A stretch of DNA of 64,000 nt from an uncultured Actinomycetota bacterium (GCA_963836025.1 CAWIIE010000014.1:8739-72738); one strand, 5' to 3'; counted from the first letter of the stretch, positions 49,610 through 59,593 are shown. The notes: generated from the sequence alone by a model not told the origin. A program made the numbers and translations.

Positions 49610-52441
49610 CTAGTGACTCGACTGAGACATGCGCGCACCCAGCTCAGCGCGGGAGTGGATTCCGAGTTTGCGGTAGATGCGGGCCATGTTCGCCTCGACG
49701 GTCTTGTGGCTGATGAACAGCGCAGCTGCGATCTCCTTGTTGGAGGCCCCCTGGGCGGCGAGTTGTGCGACCCGGTGCTCGCCCTCAGTGAGTTGGCCGG
49801 CGTTGACGCGGTGCAGGCCGACGCGTTGAAGTTCTCGACGGGAGCGGGCGGCCCAGCGGGCCGACCCGAGGCCGGTGAAAGTGGCCTCGGCCTGACGGAG
49901 CGATGTTTGCGCCTGACCGTGTCGTCGGGCGCGGCGCTGGATCATCCCCTCAACGAGCAACGTTCGTCCCCTCTCGAAGGGCATGTCGACCGCGGATTGC
50001 GCGTCAACGGCTTGGCCGATCGCGGTACGGGCCGCTTCGATGTCGCCGCGCGAGGCTAACAGCAGCGCTCGGCACCGGGCGCCCGTGAGGACGGCCCACG
50101 GTCGGTCAAGCTCATGGCCACGTTGCTCCAGTGTCTCGACCAAGGGGGCTGCCCGTTCCTGGCCGCCGAGGGCGATGAGCGCCTCGAGCGCGTCGGGCAG
50201 CAGGAAGGCGATGATCGGCTCCCATCGGTCGAGGTTCTCCAGGATCCGGACAAGCGGCTCACTTGCTCGCCAGGCTGCGTCAAAGTTCTCCTCCGAAAGC
50301 TCGAGCAACGTGGTCGAAGCGGCGATCCAGATGCCGGGCTGCAGGTAGCCGGAGGAGGCAAGTAGCTCCTGCGTCTGGGCGCAATAGTCGCGAGTACAGT
50401 CCACGTCCCCTCGATGCGCCGCGACGTACGCCTGCTGGCCGAGCGCCCACGCGTTCATCGAACGACTGCCGGTGAGCGTGGCGAGGTAGGTCGCTTCGAC
50501 CGCGAGGTCCGCCGCGAGTGCCAAGTTGCCAGCACGCAGCTCGAGCCAGGACAGCCAAGTGAGCGCAAAGGCAAGGTCGCTTTCATCGCCGCGCATGCGC
50601 GCCCGCGTGCAGAGGTCCGCAAGGGCGTCTCGCGCTTCGGCGTGGCGGCCGCAATACAAGAGCAGGAGTGCCCGCATCGTGGCGGGCCGCCGCTCGATCG
50701 GCACCAGACGGGTGCGGTCTTCGAGGGACACGGCGCGCTCGACCATGCCCCAGTCGTGCCCATCACCGCTCAAGAACCCGAGCATGGCCTGGTAGCCCAG
50801 CGCCTCAGCGATCAAAGCCGGGTCGCCAAAGCCCTCAGCGATCGTGAGCGCCCGATCCGCATATTTGGCTGCTCCCGGGAAGTCCCAGAGCTGCTCCCAC
50901 ATCTGTGCGTCGACGTACGACAGCGAGAGCAGGATTTCGGCGATGGTCCGCTCGGTGCCCGCGATACCAACGGCTTCGTGCAGCAGCCGGCTGGCTTGGA
51001 CGAAGTTGTCGTCGTTGTAGCTGACCTCGGCCAGCACGCGCAGCGCTTCGGCCCGCATGTGCCGGTCAACGGGCGTCTTCAACACCTGTTCCAGGAGTGC
51101 CCTAGCTCTCGCCCGGTCACCGGCGTGCACGTGGTGCTCGGCCGCGGAGATCGTCCGCTGGCCAGCGTCGAGCGGCTGGTCGGTCGGCGTCAGCCGAGCT
51201 GCCTGCTCCATGAGGTCTGCCGCGGTCTCCCAGGCGCCTCGCGTGCGCGCCGCGACTGCGCCGTCGATGAGCGCCCGCGCAACCGCCTCACCCGGAGATG
51301 CCGCCAAAGCCAGGTGTCTGGCCCGCTCCTCCGGCTCCGTGGCGAGATCTGCGAGCCGGCTGTGGAGCGCGATCCGCTGCCGCCTGGGCATCGCCTGATA
51401 GACGGCCGCCGCATACAGCGGGTGGCGAAACGTGATCACCTTGGTTGAGTCGATCGTGACGATTCCGGCTTCGACGGCGGGGTCTAGGGACTCTTCGTCG
51501 ACCATCTCGAGTGAGGGCGATGACAGCGCCGCGCAGACGGCCAACGCCTCTTGGGTGATCACCGGCAGCCGACGGATGTGATCGTCGATCAGTGCCTTCA
51601 GGGTGTCGGGGATCGGGATGTCATCGTTGACGCCGAGGGTCCCGCCGTTCGCCTCGATCTCCCGGGCGATCTCGATGGCGTGCAGCGGGTTGCCGCCCGA
51701 TGACTTGTGGATGCGGAGCATCATCGGACGCGGGATAGGCCCGGTGAGCGTGGGGCTGATCACGTCGTGCAGAGCGGCCAGGCTCAGCGGCCCGAGGGTC
51801 AACCGGGTGTGTTGCTCGGGCCGCGCAAGCCGAGCGACGTCCAGTTGCATTGGATGCCCGCTACGGTGGGCCAGCATCCATGCGATGTGCACGTTTTCCA
51901 GCCGGCGCAGCGCAAACCCGATCATCGTTGCCGATGCTCGATCCAGCCATTGCTCATCGTCGATGGCGATCAGCAGGGGCTGTTTGTCGCTCATGGCCGC
52001 CAGGACTGACTTCAGTGATGCGGCGATGCGACGCGGCTCGAGCGGCTCACCGTCCGCCCCGGTTCGGAGCATCGCGACATCGAGCGCGCGCCGTTGAATC
52101 GGGGGCAGGGCCTCCAGCTCAACGTTCGAAATCGCCTCGAGCAGATCGGCAACAGCGGCAAGCGCCATGGTCATCTCGTACTCGGCTGCACGGCAGGACA
52201 ACACGCCGAAGCCCATGGCCTGAGCGCGTCGAATGGCCTCCCACCAGACCGTTGTCTTGCCGATCCCCGCGTCGCCGTCAAGCACGAGTACACGTGAACC
52301 GTGAGACGCCGCCGCGAGCACATCGTCGACAATCGCGAGCTCGCGGTCGCGACCGATACACGCAGCCATGTCACCTGCCTGAGCGATCGCCGTCGCCGAC
52401 GATTCCTGGCGCCGGTGGACGCCAACCAAAAGGTAGGACAA
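49610..52441 (-). CDS. LAL-type regulator (N-terminal AAA/P-loop ATPase, TPR-like middle, C-terminal LuxR HTH)
   Basis: LVLDGDAGIGKTTV Walker A. C-terminal LTEGEHRVAQLAAQGASNKEIAAALFISHKTVEANMARIYRKLGI (LuxR HTH). 943 aa. Confidence 0.85.
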   Translation of the reverse strand: MSYLLVGVHRRQESSATAIAQAGDMAACIGRDRELAIVDDVLAAASHGSRVLVLDGDAGIGKTTVWWEAIRRAQAMGFGVLSCRAAEYEMTMALAAVADLLEAISNVELEALPPIQRRALDVAMLRTGADGEPLEPRRIAASLKSVLAAMSDKQPLLIAIDDEQWLDRASATMIGFALRRLENVHIAWMLAHRSGHPMQLDVARLARPEQHTRLTLGPLSLAALHDVISPTLTGPIPRPMMLRIHKSSGGNPLHAIEIAREIEANGGTLGVNDDIPIPDTLKALIDDHIRRLPVITQEALAVCAALSSPSLEMVDEESLDPAVEAGIVTIDSTKVITFRHPLYAAAVYQAMPRRQRIALHSRLADLATEPEERARHLALAASPGEAVARALIDGAVAARTRGAWETAADLMEQAARLTPTDQPLDAGQRTISAAEHHVHAGDRARARALLEQVLKTPVDRHMRAEALRVLAEVSYNDDNFVQASRLLHEAVGIAGTERTIAEILLSLSYVDAQMWEQLWDFPGAAKYADRALTIAEGFGDPALIAEALGYQAMLGFLSGDGHDWGMVERAVSLEDRTRLVPIERRPATMRALLLLYCGRHAEARDALADLCTRARMRGDESDLAFALTWLSWLELRAGNLALAADLAVEATYLATLTGSRSMNAWALGQQAYVAAHRGDVDCTRDYCAQTQELLASSGYLQPGIWIAASTTLLELSEENFDAAWRASEPLVRILENLDRWEPIIAFLLPDALEALIALGGQERAAPLVETLEQRGHELDRPWAVLTGARCRALLLASRGDIEAARTAIGQAVDAQSAVDMPFERGRTLLVEGMIQRRARRHGQAQTSLRQAEATFTGLGSARWAARSRRELQRVGLHRVNAGQLTEGEHRVAQLAAQGASNKEIAAALFISHKTVEANMARIYRKLGIHSRAELGARMSQSSH

Positions 52442-52482
52442 GACCCGATGCCGTGGGCGCCTTTGGGCCCCAACCTGAACAA

Positions 52483-52767
52483 GTGGACCGGATCTACGTC
52501 GTCGAGTGCTATTGGCCAGGCGTCACGCGATCAGCCATGCTCGCTTCCGCCGAAAGGCTTGATGTTGCTGCCCACGAGCTAAGCACTTTGGACCGCCCGC
52601 TCCGGTTGCTTGGTTCCGGGCTGGTCCCAGCCGACGAGACGGCGTTCTACCTCATACGAGCCGCATCGGACTTGGATGTCGCCGAGGCCAGCAGCCGCGC
52701 AGGGCTGCGGTTCGAGCGCGTCGTGGAATGCCAGATCGACTCCAACGTCGGACGAGAACGCACGTGA
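52483..52767 (+). CDS. small DUF4242-like protein
   Basis: GTG start. VDRIYVVECYWPG...LLGSGLVPADETAFYLIRAASDLDVAEASSRAGLRFERV matches the DUF4242 pattern. The upstream part of the tool's ORF is low-complexity, antisense to the LAL gene. Confidence 0.45.
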   Translation: MDRIYVVECYWPGVTRSAMLASAERLDVAAHELSTLDRPLRLLGSGLVPADETAFYLIRAASDLDVAEASSRAGLRFERVVECQIDSNVGRERT

Positions 52768-52803
52768 TCGTGATGGTCGCCGGCTACGCCGGATCTGGTC
52801 GCG

Positions 52804-53523
52804 CTATCGGGGCGGCTTCACACAGAACTCGTTGCCATCGGGATCGGCCATCACCACCCAGTCGACCTGGCCCTGGCCGATGTCGATTCGAGTCGCCCCG
52901 AGGGAGACGAGACGGTCGACCTCGGTTTGCTGATCACCCGCAGGTGGAGCAACGTCGAAGTGCAGCCGGTTCTTTCCCGTCTTCGGCGCCACTGGCGGAC
53001 CGCCCCACGCGAACTTGGGACCGCCGCGCGGCGAGCGGATCGCGGTCTCTTCGTCCTGGTCCCAGACCAACGGCCAGCCCAGCGCTTCGCTCCAGAAGTA
53101 CCCGACCTCCTGCGAACCGTCGCAGTTCACCGCTCCGATGAACCCGCAGTCGGCAAGGAAGGCGTTGCCCGGCTCGATGACGCAGAACTCATTGCCCTCG
53201 GGGTCGGCGAGCACCGTATGACCCTCATCCGGGCGTTGGCCGACATCGATGTGCCGGGCGCCGAGTCCGAGCGACCGCTCCACCGTCTGCTTCTGGTCCT
53301 CGAAAGACGCGCTCGTCAGATCGAAGTGCATCCGGTTCTGGCCGACCTTCTGCTCCTGAGTGGAAAGAAAGCGAATCTGGAACCCGGTGTCGTCGTTCGG
53401 CAGCAGCGCGATGCCGTCCTGCGGGTCGTCGGCCATCGGCCAGCCCAGCACGCCGGCCCAGAAGCGCGCGAGACCGTTCGGATCGATCGCATCGAAGCAG
53501 AGCGCATAGAGCTGAGACGTCAT
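52804..53523 (-). CDS. tandem-VOC (two glyoxalase-like domains) protein
   Basis: The likely start is MTSQLYALCFDAIDPNGLARFWAGVLGW. The second domain is similar (AVNCDGSQEVGYFWSEALGW). Each ends DPEGNEFCV or DPDGNEFCV. Confidence 0.7.
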   Translation of the reverse strand: MTSQLYALCFDAIDPNGLARFWAGVLGWPMADDPQDGIALLPNDDTGFQIRFLSTQEQKVGQNRMHFDLTSASFEDQKQTVERSLGLGARHIDVGQRPDEGHTVLADPEGNEFCVIEPGNAFLADCGFIGAVNCDGSQEVGYFWSEALGWPLVWDQDEETAIRSPRGGPKFAWGGPPVAPKTGKNRLHFDVAPPAGDQQTEVDRLVSLGATRIDIGQGQVDWVVMADPDGNEFCVKPPR

Positions 53524-53704
53524 CCCGCATCTCCGATCTGCTGAAGCAAACGTCCCTCCCGCCGCTGAGCAATCGACGCTAGGACGCTCGGGGACTGCCG
53601 CACAACGCAATTGCGTCAACAGGGCGACGCCCGCCACTGCGCGTCGGCGCCTCCGGCCGCCGATGGCGTGATCGGACGTCTCGTACGAACCCGGTGACCA
53701 CCAG

Positions 53705-54445
53705 CTAGGGCTGGTACAAGGCGCGCACCACGGCATCAACACCAGTGCCGGCCGCAGTTCGTGGTCGCTCCTCAGCGACGACGATCTGCCACTCGCGGGG
53801 GTCGAGCGCCTCGACGGCGTCATCGACACTCACTTGCACCTGTCCCATGGCGGGCGTTGGTTCGCCGGTCGCGGGGTCCACGGGAAGGTGCCCAACCAGG
53901 AACAGGGTTCCGCCGGGCGCGACGCCGGTGCCCAGCCGAGTCACCATCTCGCGTACCGACCCGGCGACATGGACATAGAGACAGCAGACCAGGTCGAACC
54001 GCCTGGGCGATGGGGTCCAGTTGCCGAGGTCGCCCTGGGCCCAGGTAATCCGATCAGCCACGTCCGCCCCGACGGCTTGGGCTGTCGACCGAGCGTGCTC
54101 GAGCGCGGCCACGGAGAAATCGACTGCGGTGACCTGCCATCCGGATGCGGCGAGCCAAATCGCCTCGGCGCCCTGCCCGCAGCCGGCGTCGAGGGCGTGA
54201 CCTGCCGCCATGTCCTCGACCGCGGCGAGAAGATGCGTGTTCGGTGGGCGGCTCGTCACCTCGTCCGGATGCTCACGCAGGACCTGCGCCCAGCGCCGTT
54301 CCCAGAAGTCCCGATCGAACGACGCGTTGGCCACGAAAACTCCTTGATCGCACCGACCGTACGTGGCTCGACCTGCGGAAGGGGCACCGTTCTGCGTCAT
54401 CCCCTCCCCGTCCTTGACAAGATCACGAACGAGGCGGACCGTCAT
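53705..54445 (-). CDS. class I SAM-dependent methyltransferase
   Basis: ALDAGCGQGAEAIWLAASGWQVTAVDFS (motif I) and DLVCCLYVH. The start may be ATG 54400. Confidence 0.75.
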   Translation of the reverse strand: MTVRLVRDLVKDGEGMTQNGAPSAGRATYGRCDQGVFVANASFDRDFWERRWAQVLREHPDEVTSRPPNTHLLAAVEDMAAGHALDAGCGQGAEAIWLAASGWQVTAVDFSVAALEHARSTAQAVGADVADRITWAQGDLGNWTPSPRRFDLVCCLYVHVAGSVREMVTRLGTGVAPGGTLFLVGHLPVDPATGEPTPAMGQVQVSVDDAVEALDPREWQIVVAEERPRTAAGTGVDAVVRALYQP

Positions 54446-54501
54446 GCGCTTAGGCCCACGTTGATCTGGGTAGCCAGGTACCCACCACGTTTGGAGGATT
54501 C

Positions 54502-54574
54502 ATGAGCACGCGCACGATCGCTATCGCCGCCCTCATCATTGCCCTGATCCTGGTCATCGTCCTGTTCATCGTCT
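54502..54574 (+). CDS. 24-aa hydrophobic mini-protein (MSTRTIAIAALIIALILVIVLFIV)
   Basis: GGAGGATTC precedes ATG 54502 and TGA is at 54572. It is a single TM helix. It falls below the tool's length cut-off. Confidence 0.35.
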
Positions 54575-54675
54575 GAACGGCACTCCGGGCGCGGCCTTCG
54601 TCAACTGTCCGCAGCGTAGCCACCTTGGCTACGCTCGACGGAGATTTGGGCGGGGGGCGTGGGAGCGAGGGCGCC

Positions 54676-55431
54676 ATGGCTGAACGCTTCACCGATCGAG
54701 TGGTCGTCGTCGACGCCGAGAACCGTGAGGTCCTCCAGTTCGATGCGCGGTTTGCCGTACTCGACCTTGGTCAGGCAGGGAACGAGGGTGACTTGCGTCT
54801 GCGTGGTGACGACGGTGAGTTCACGTTTCACCTCGACGGTGGCAGGCAGCTCCTGCTCGTCCGGGATCCCGCCGGGCGTGACGTCCTTCAGTTCACCGGG
54901 CCGAACGCTTTGCTCAGGGTGGGCGCGCGTGGCAACGAGGGCGACATCTACGTCGTGGACAGCAACGGTGACGTATCGATCCACCTGGACGGTGGATCGG
55001 GCGACATCGTGCTTAAGAATGCCGACTGCGCCGAGGAGTTCGACTGCACTGACCGCGAGGCGCCGCCGCCGGGGTCGGTCGTTGTGCTGCGCGACGACGG
55101 TGGCGTGGGCGTCAGTGAACGTGCGTACGACACCCGAGTCGCGGGCGTCGTGTCCGGGGCGGGTGGCTACCGGCCCGCGATCGTGCTCGGCGCGGGCAGG
55201 GCACGCTCGTCGAGCCGTGTGCGGGTCGCCCTCACCGGTCGAGTGGCATGTCGAGTCGACGCCGCGCAGCGGCCCGTGCGCGTGGGCGATCTGTTGACAA
55301 CGTCGTCCCGCCGAGGGCATGCGATGGTTGCCGAGTCAGGGGCTCGTGCCGTCGGCTCGGTCGTCGGGAAGGCAATGGGGTCGCTGCCAGACGGCACCGG
55401 ACTCGTCCCGATGCTTGTCATGCTGCGCTGA
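54676..55431 (+). CDS. hypothetical protein with internal about-40-aa beta-repeats (GNEGD...HLDGG) and a conserved-looking C-terminal domain
   Basis: REVLQFDARFAVLDLGQAGNEGDLRLRGDDGEFTFHLDGG and RDVLQFTGPNALLRVGARGNEGDIYVVDSNGDVSIHLDGG. The C-terminus is RVAGVVSGAGGYRPAIVLG...VRVGDLL. No family recognised. Confidence 0.5.
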   Translation: MAERFTDRVVVVDAENREVLQFDARFAVLDLGQAGNEGDLRLRGDDGEFTFHLDGGRQLLLVRDPAGRDVLQFTGPNALLRVGARGNEGDIYVVDSNGDVSIHLDGGSGDIVLKNADCAEEFDCTDREAPPPGSVVVLRDDGGVGVSERAYDTRVAGVVSGAGGYRPAIVLGAGRARSSSRVRVALTGRVACRVDAAQRPVRVGDLLTTSSRRGHAMVAESGARAVGSVVGKAMGSLPDGTGLVPMLVMLR

Positions 55432-55439
55432 GGACGTCG

Positions 55440-56660
55440 TTGACCACGTCGCTGAAGGCGCTCGCGCAGTGCCTGGGGTTGTCCGACGAGGTGTCGGTCA
55501 GGACGGAAATGCTGCCGCGGGCCGAGTCGGGCCGGCCGGGACGCCCTGGCATACCCCTGTCGGGAGAGGTCTCGCTGCTCAACGTGATGCGCTTCCTCGA
55601 GTGGCAGTGGTGCGACAGTGCCAACTACCTGAAGATGGCAGTCCCTGCGGAATTGCGATCACCGTCGCGCGAGGAGGCCCAGATCGCGGTCGACGGTGTA
55701 GCAGAGAAGGTCACGCTGTTCATGGGGAAGTCCGACTGGGAGCTCGACTGGCATATCTTTCCGCGCCTCGACGAGCCGGTCATGACTCGGCTGCAGGCGG
55801 TCGGTCGACTCAGAGGGACCCTGTTCTGCGAATGGATGGGCGTCGACCGCTGGGAAGACGAGATCTTCGGTCGGCAATGGTGGTCAAGCGACATGGACCG
55901 CATCCTGTCCCTGCGTTGGCCGTTGCCCGACGCCCGATCAGGTGCGGAAACCGCATCCGAGCATTGGAGCCTGGTCGAGGACGACAACCAGGGCGGCAGT
56001 GCGGAGATCGTGGCCGACATCAACAACGCGGCCAAACGCGGAAACGCGAAGATCGTGGGTGGTCGTGTCTACCTGCAGGGTGCATTCGTCATGGACGACC
56101 CCACCGACACCGACGACCATGCTCATCTCGAAATCCACCCGTTGGACTCGGTCGCGTATGCGCTGGACAGTGACGGCGCCGTGCTTGCCCAACGCGGGAC
56201 GGACACAACTTGGCCGCGGAGCACGGTGGTCTGGCGGGTCGGCGTCGTGACCAACGCGGGGTTCCACCGGATCAACGGATGCAGTTTCCTGGAACAGGAT
56301 CGAACCACTGTTTGGTACCTGGACCTGCCAACGCTCGCGGGCTTGCCCACGATCGCCGTCCGCGTCGACGACTCGGAGCCGGGTTTCTGGCACTCCCCCA
56401 CGAACAGCCGGTTCGGCAGCCGCGGTGTGCGCAACATCGACGTGCAGCCGCGGCCGGACGGGAGCGACCGTGACATCAGCGCCTTCCCGGTCGATCCGTC
56501 AGACGGTCGGAGAAAGCTGCGCGTCGAAGTCACCATGGCGCGGCCGGACGACTGGGGCGGGCTGTTCCTGCGCGACTATCGCATTACGGCCCGCAGCGTG
56601 GTCGCCTCCGCCGACGAACTGGGTGCGCCCCCGGACGCTGGTTCACGGCCTGTCAAATAG
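55440..56660 (+). CDS. hypothetical protein (about 400 aa), co-directional with and 8 nt after the repeat protein
   Basis: Probable TTG 55440 or ATG about 55510. High GC3 throughout, Trp-rich (WQW, WELDW, WWSSDMD). No family recognised. Confidence 0.45.
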   Translation: MTTSLKALAQCLGLSDEVSVRTEMLPRAESGRPGRPGIPLSGEVSLLNVMRFLEWQWCDSANYLKMAVPAELRSPSREEAQIAVDGVAEKVTLFMGKSDWELDWHIFPRLDEPVMTRLQAVGRLRGTLFCEWMGVDRWEDEIFGRQWWSSDMDRILSLRWPLPDARSGAETASEHWSLVEDDNQGGSAEIVADINNAAKRGNAKIVGGRVYLQGAFVMDDPTDTDDHAHLEIHPLDSVAYALDSDGAVLAQRGTDTTWPRSTVVWRVGVVTNAGFHRINGCSFLEQDRTTVWYLDLPTLAGLPTIAVRVDDSEPGFWHSPTNSRFGSRGVRNIDVQPRPDGSDRDISAFPVDPSDGRRKLRVEVTMARPDDWGGLFLRDYRITARSVVASADELGAPPDAGSRPVK

Positions 56661-56842
56661 GGCACACCTCGCCCACCGTGGCCGCGACGGGTTGCCAGCA
56701 GTTCCCGCCGACCGGGAACGCGCGGATCGCGCAGTGGCTGTCAGAGCGCCCCTGACCGCACGGCGACTTCGTGAAGCCGGCCACCAGGATCGCGGCAGAT
56801 GAGTGCGTTCGCCGTCAAGTGCCTCCTTCGCCCATAGCTGGG

Positions 56843-57553
56843 CTATGTCCGGGCCGGCTCTCTTGCCTGACGGGGGGGTGCCCCATCGGCCGACGGTGGA
56901 GATGCCCGTAGGTTCCAGGTCGGCAGCATCCGCGCGAGTTGACGGGGGCCGGTGATGCGGATCTCTCCGGATCGAAGGGCGTCGGTCCACGCGAGTTTCG
57001 TCATATGCCAAAGGGTCAGGGTCTTCGCGCTGGTCTCCACGACGAGGTCCTCGTCGAAGCCGGGCGGTTTCGTGCACACCTCGGCATCCGTGGGATTGAC
57101 GACTAACCAGATGCTGCGCCTGCCCGGTGGCTGGTCCGCGAGCTCGAACCGCACGACGACTCGTCGGTCGGGGAGATTGGCGTGGGCCAGGTACACCGTG
57201 GACCACGTCCAGAGCAGGAATCGCGGGTTGGTGTGCTCGTCGCGTAGCTCGACCCATCGCTCGCCCCAGGCACCGAGCGCGGAGAGCACGGGCCAAAGCT
57301 CCTGGCCGGCCTCGGTCAGCTCGTAGCGCGCCCGGCCAGGCTTGCCCGTGGGCCTGGCTTGGATGATCCCGGCCTGGACGAGGTGGCGCAGCCGTTGGGT
57401 CAGCACGGTGTGCGAGAGCCCGGGTGCGCCGGCTAGGATTTCGCCGTAAGTGCTGCAGCCAGCGTGAATGTTGCGCACGATGAGGGGTGTCCAGCGTTCG
57501 GCGAAGATCTCCGCGGCCCGAGCTATCGGGCAGTACTGACCGTACGTCCTCAT
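56843..57553 (-). CDS. HxlR-type transcriptional regulator with C-terminal domain (intact paralog)
   Basis: MRTYGQYCPIARAAEIFAERWTPLIVRNI...LTQRLRHLVQAGII (HxlR HTH). 236 aa in a single frame. Confidence 0.75.
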   Translation of the reverse strand: MRTYGQYCPIARAAEIFAERWTPLIVRNIHAGCSTYGEILAGAPGLSHTVLTQRLRHLVQAGIIQARPTGKPGRARYELTEAGQELWPVLSALGAWGERWVELRDEHTNPRFLLWTWSTVYLAHANLPDRRVVVRFELADQPPGRRSIWLVVNPTDAEVCTKPPGFDEDLVVETSAKTLTLWHMTKLAWTDALRSGEIRITGPRQLARMLPTWNLRASPPSADGAPPRQAREPART

Positions 57554-57639
57554 CCCCTCAGTGTCCGGCCGATCGCGAGGGACCGTCTAGAGCGGATTTA
57601 GTCCTAGCCGTCCGTCCACGTGCGGTTCACGCTGAACGC

Positions 57640-58464
57640 ATGGAACAGACGCAACGAGCGGGTAGCGGGTCGCGGTGGGGTCCCTTGTTCGGCGCAGGCG
57701 CCGACGTCTGGGCGGACACCTGGGAGGGCTCCCGAGGCTGGGGAACATCCGTCTACGAGCACGTGCTGCAAGAGGCGGACATTCGAGCCGGGACCTCAGT
57801 CCTCGACTGCGGATGCGGCGCCGGACGCTTTGTACGGCTCGCGGCCGACGAGGGCGCAAGGGTCGCAGGCATCGACGCGGCCAGCGCGTTGGTGGAGATC
57901 GCGAGGAAACGCACTCCCGATGCTGACCTCCGCGTCGGCGACTTCGAATCGCTGCCGTGGCCGGATCGCACCTTCGACGTCGTCGCCGGGTTCAGCACCT
58001 TCCAGTTTGCCGACGACCACGCGAGCGCACTTCACGAGGCGTCGCGGGTGTCTCGCGGATCAGTCTGGGTAGCCATCCCGACTCGGTTGGCCGACTCCGG
58101 GATCCCGCAGGCGTTCGCGTCGTTGATCGATCTGTTCCCGGCAGGGGTGCCAGCCAGCCTCAAGAACAGCGGGATGTACGCGCTATCGGCACCGGAGCGG
58201 CTCGAGGGGGTGCTCGAGGCGGCCGGACTCCGAGCAAGGACTGACGACATCGTTGAGTCGACAGTCGTCTTCCCCAACGTCGAGACCGCAGTGCGCGCGT
58301 TCCTCAGCGCCGGGGCGACCGCCCTTGCCGTTCAGCGATCCGGCCGGAGAGCCGTCGAGCAAGCGCTCACTGAAGCACTCAGGCATCTCACCGACGACCT
58401 CGGTACGGTCACGCTGCCTGGATGGTTCCGGGTTGTCGAGGCCCGCGAAGCCTCCGGTCCATAG
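57640..58464 (+). CDS. class I SAM-dependent methyltransferase
   Basis: VLDCGCGAGRFVRLAADEGARVAGIDAS (motif I) and FDVVAGFSTFQF. Divergent from the HxlR gene. Confidence 0.8.
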   Translation: MEQTQRAGSGSRWGPLFGAGADVWADTWEGSRGWGTSVYEHVLQEADIRAGTSVLDCGCGAGRFVRLAADEGARVAGIDAASALVEIARKRTPDADLRVGDFESLPWPDRTFDVVAGFSTFQFADDHASALHEASRVSRGSVWVAIPTRLADSGIPQAFASLIDLFPAGVPASLKNSGMYALSAPERLEGVLEAAGLRARTDDIVESTVVFPNVETAVRAFLSAGATALAVQRSGRRAVEQALTEALRHLTDDLGTVTLPGWFRVVEAREASGP

Positions 58465-58653
58465 AGTCCCTTGACAGGCGCTGCTCGGGCACCTGGGTTG
58501 CTTCTGTCCAACCGAGGTACGCGAGTGCCCGATGAGCGTTTACCTGAACTCGGCATGGCAGGGCACCCACCAGAGCACAGCCGTGTTCACGGCCTGCCTG
58601 ATCTGCTCTGGGTTCCGCACTCTCACCGCATGGTCTTGGTTGCTCGTCGGTTG

Positions 58654-59145
58654 TCAGGTCAACGTCACCAGCGCAGCTCGGATCACATCGGGGATTGGCT
58701 GCGGCCGGCGCGTGGTGGCGTCGACGTACACGTGCACGAACCGACCAACGGCGTGCGGCGCCGGATCGATGGTGCCGTCCGGACTCTCGCGGAACACTGC
58801 CAGCTGGTAGATCACGCTGGTGCGCCCGCGGTGCTCCAGCCCAACACCTACCTGCACGACGTCTGGAAACGACAGCTCACGCAGGTATCGACATGAGGTC
58901 TCGACGACGACGCCGAATGCCGGCAGCGCACGGATGTCGGTCCCAGTCGCGTCGATGAGCCAGCCGTTGACCGAGTCGTCGAACCAGTTGTAGTAGACGA
59001 CGTTGTTGACGTGGCCGTAGACGTCGTTGTCCGCCCACCGGGTGTGCAGCCGGCGAAGGACGCGGAAGGCGCCCGGCGTGGGCAGCGGGTCAACTGTGGA
59101 CGGCCGCTCGCGCCGCTCTTCGCCTTCAGCTCCGACGACCTGCAC
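58654..59145 (-). CDS. hotdog-fold acyl-CoA thioesterase, paralog of 29749-30237
   Basis: WADNDVYGHVNNVVYYNWFDD. About 90% nt identity to copy 1. The start is uncertain (a GTG near 59145). The frame stays open upstream into the racemase remnant. Confidence 0.6.
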   Translation of the reverse strand: MQVVGAEGEERRERPSTVDPLPTPGAFRVLRRLHTRWADNDVYGHVNNVVYYNWFDDSVNGWLIDATGTDIRALPAFGVVVETSCRYLRELSFPDVVQVGVGLEHRGRTSVIYQLAVFRESPDGTIDPAPHAVGRFVHVYVDATTRRPQPIPDVIRAALVTLT

Positions 59146-59330
59146 GAGGTCACGGTACGGGGGTTGACCATTGGTCCCGCACCGCACCGAGGGTCGTGCT
59201 GCCGGCTGCGCGGTGCGGTCCGGACGGATCGGGGCGTTCTCGAGAACCGGGGAGCTGGGGCCGGCTGCGTCATAGCGATGGTATCCATGAAGGTGTCCCG
59301 CGCTTTCAGGTGCGGATGCGTCGGAGCATC
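58658..59330. repeat. segmental duplication, copy 2
   Basis: See copy 1. Copy 2 retains more of the racemase C-terminus. Confidence 0.7.
59146..59330 (-). pseudogene. 3' remnant of CaiB/BaiF family-III CoA-transferase / alpha-methylacyl-CoA racemase (second copy)
   Basis: GTLYAEFIKRLGLDDAPTHPHLKARDTFMDTIAMTQPAPAPRFSRTP has the HPHN/L.AR..F...QPAPAPRFSRTP C-terminal signature. A metallophosphoesterase-like fragment (DVGAPYYGNHET) lies further upstream. Confidence 0.4.
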
Positions 59331-59593
59331 GTCGAGCCCGAGCCGCTTGATGAACTCGGCATACAAAGTCCCGTTCCAGAGCCCCGACCGCCATGTACCG
59401 GCTGTCCGCCGTCTCGTGGTTGCCGTAGTACGGGGCGCCGACATCAATCAGGCTCGTCCCCCGAGCGCTGCAGAGTTGCACCTGGCGGCAGAACATTCAG
59501 ACTGTCTGAAGGCAGCGCAGCAGGCAGCGCCCGCTCCGTCGACCAGGTCGGGACGACTGGCGTGCCAGCGGTGAAAACGTGATCGGTTGAAGG

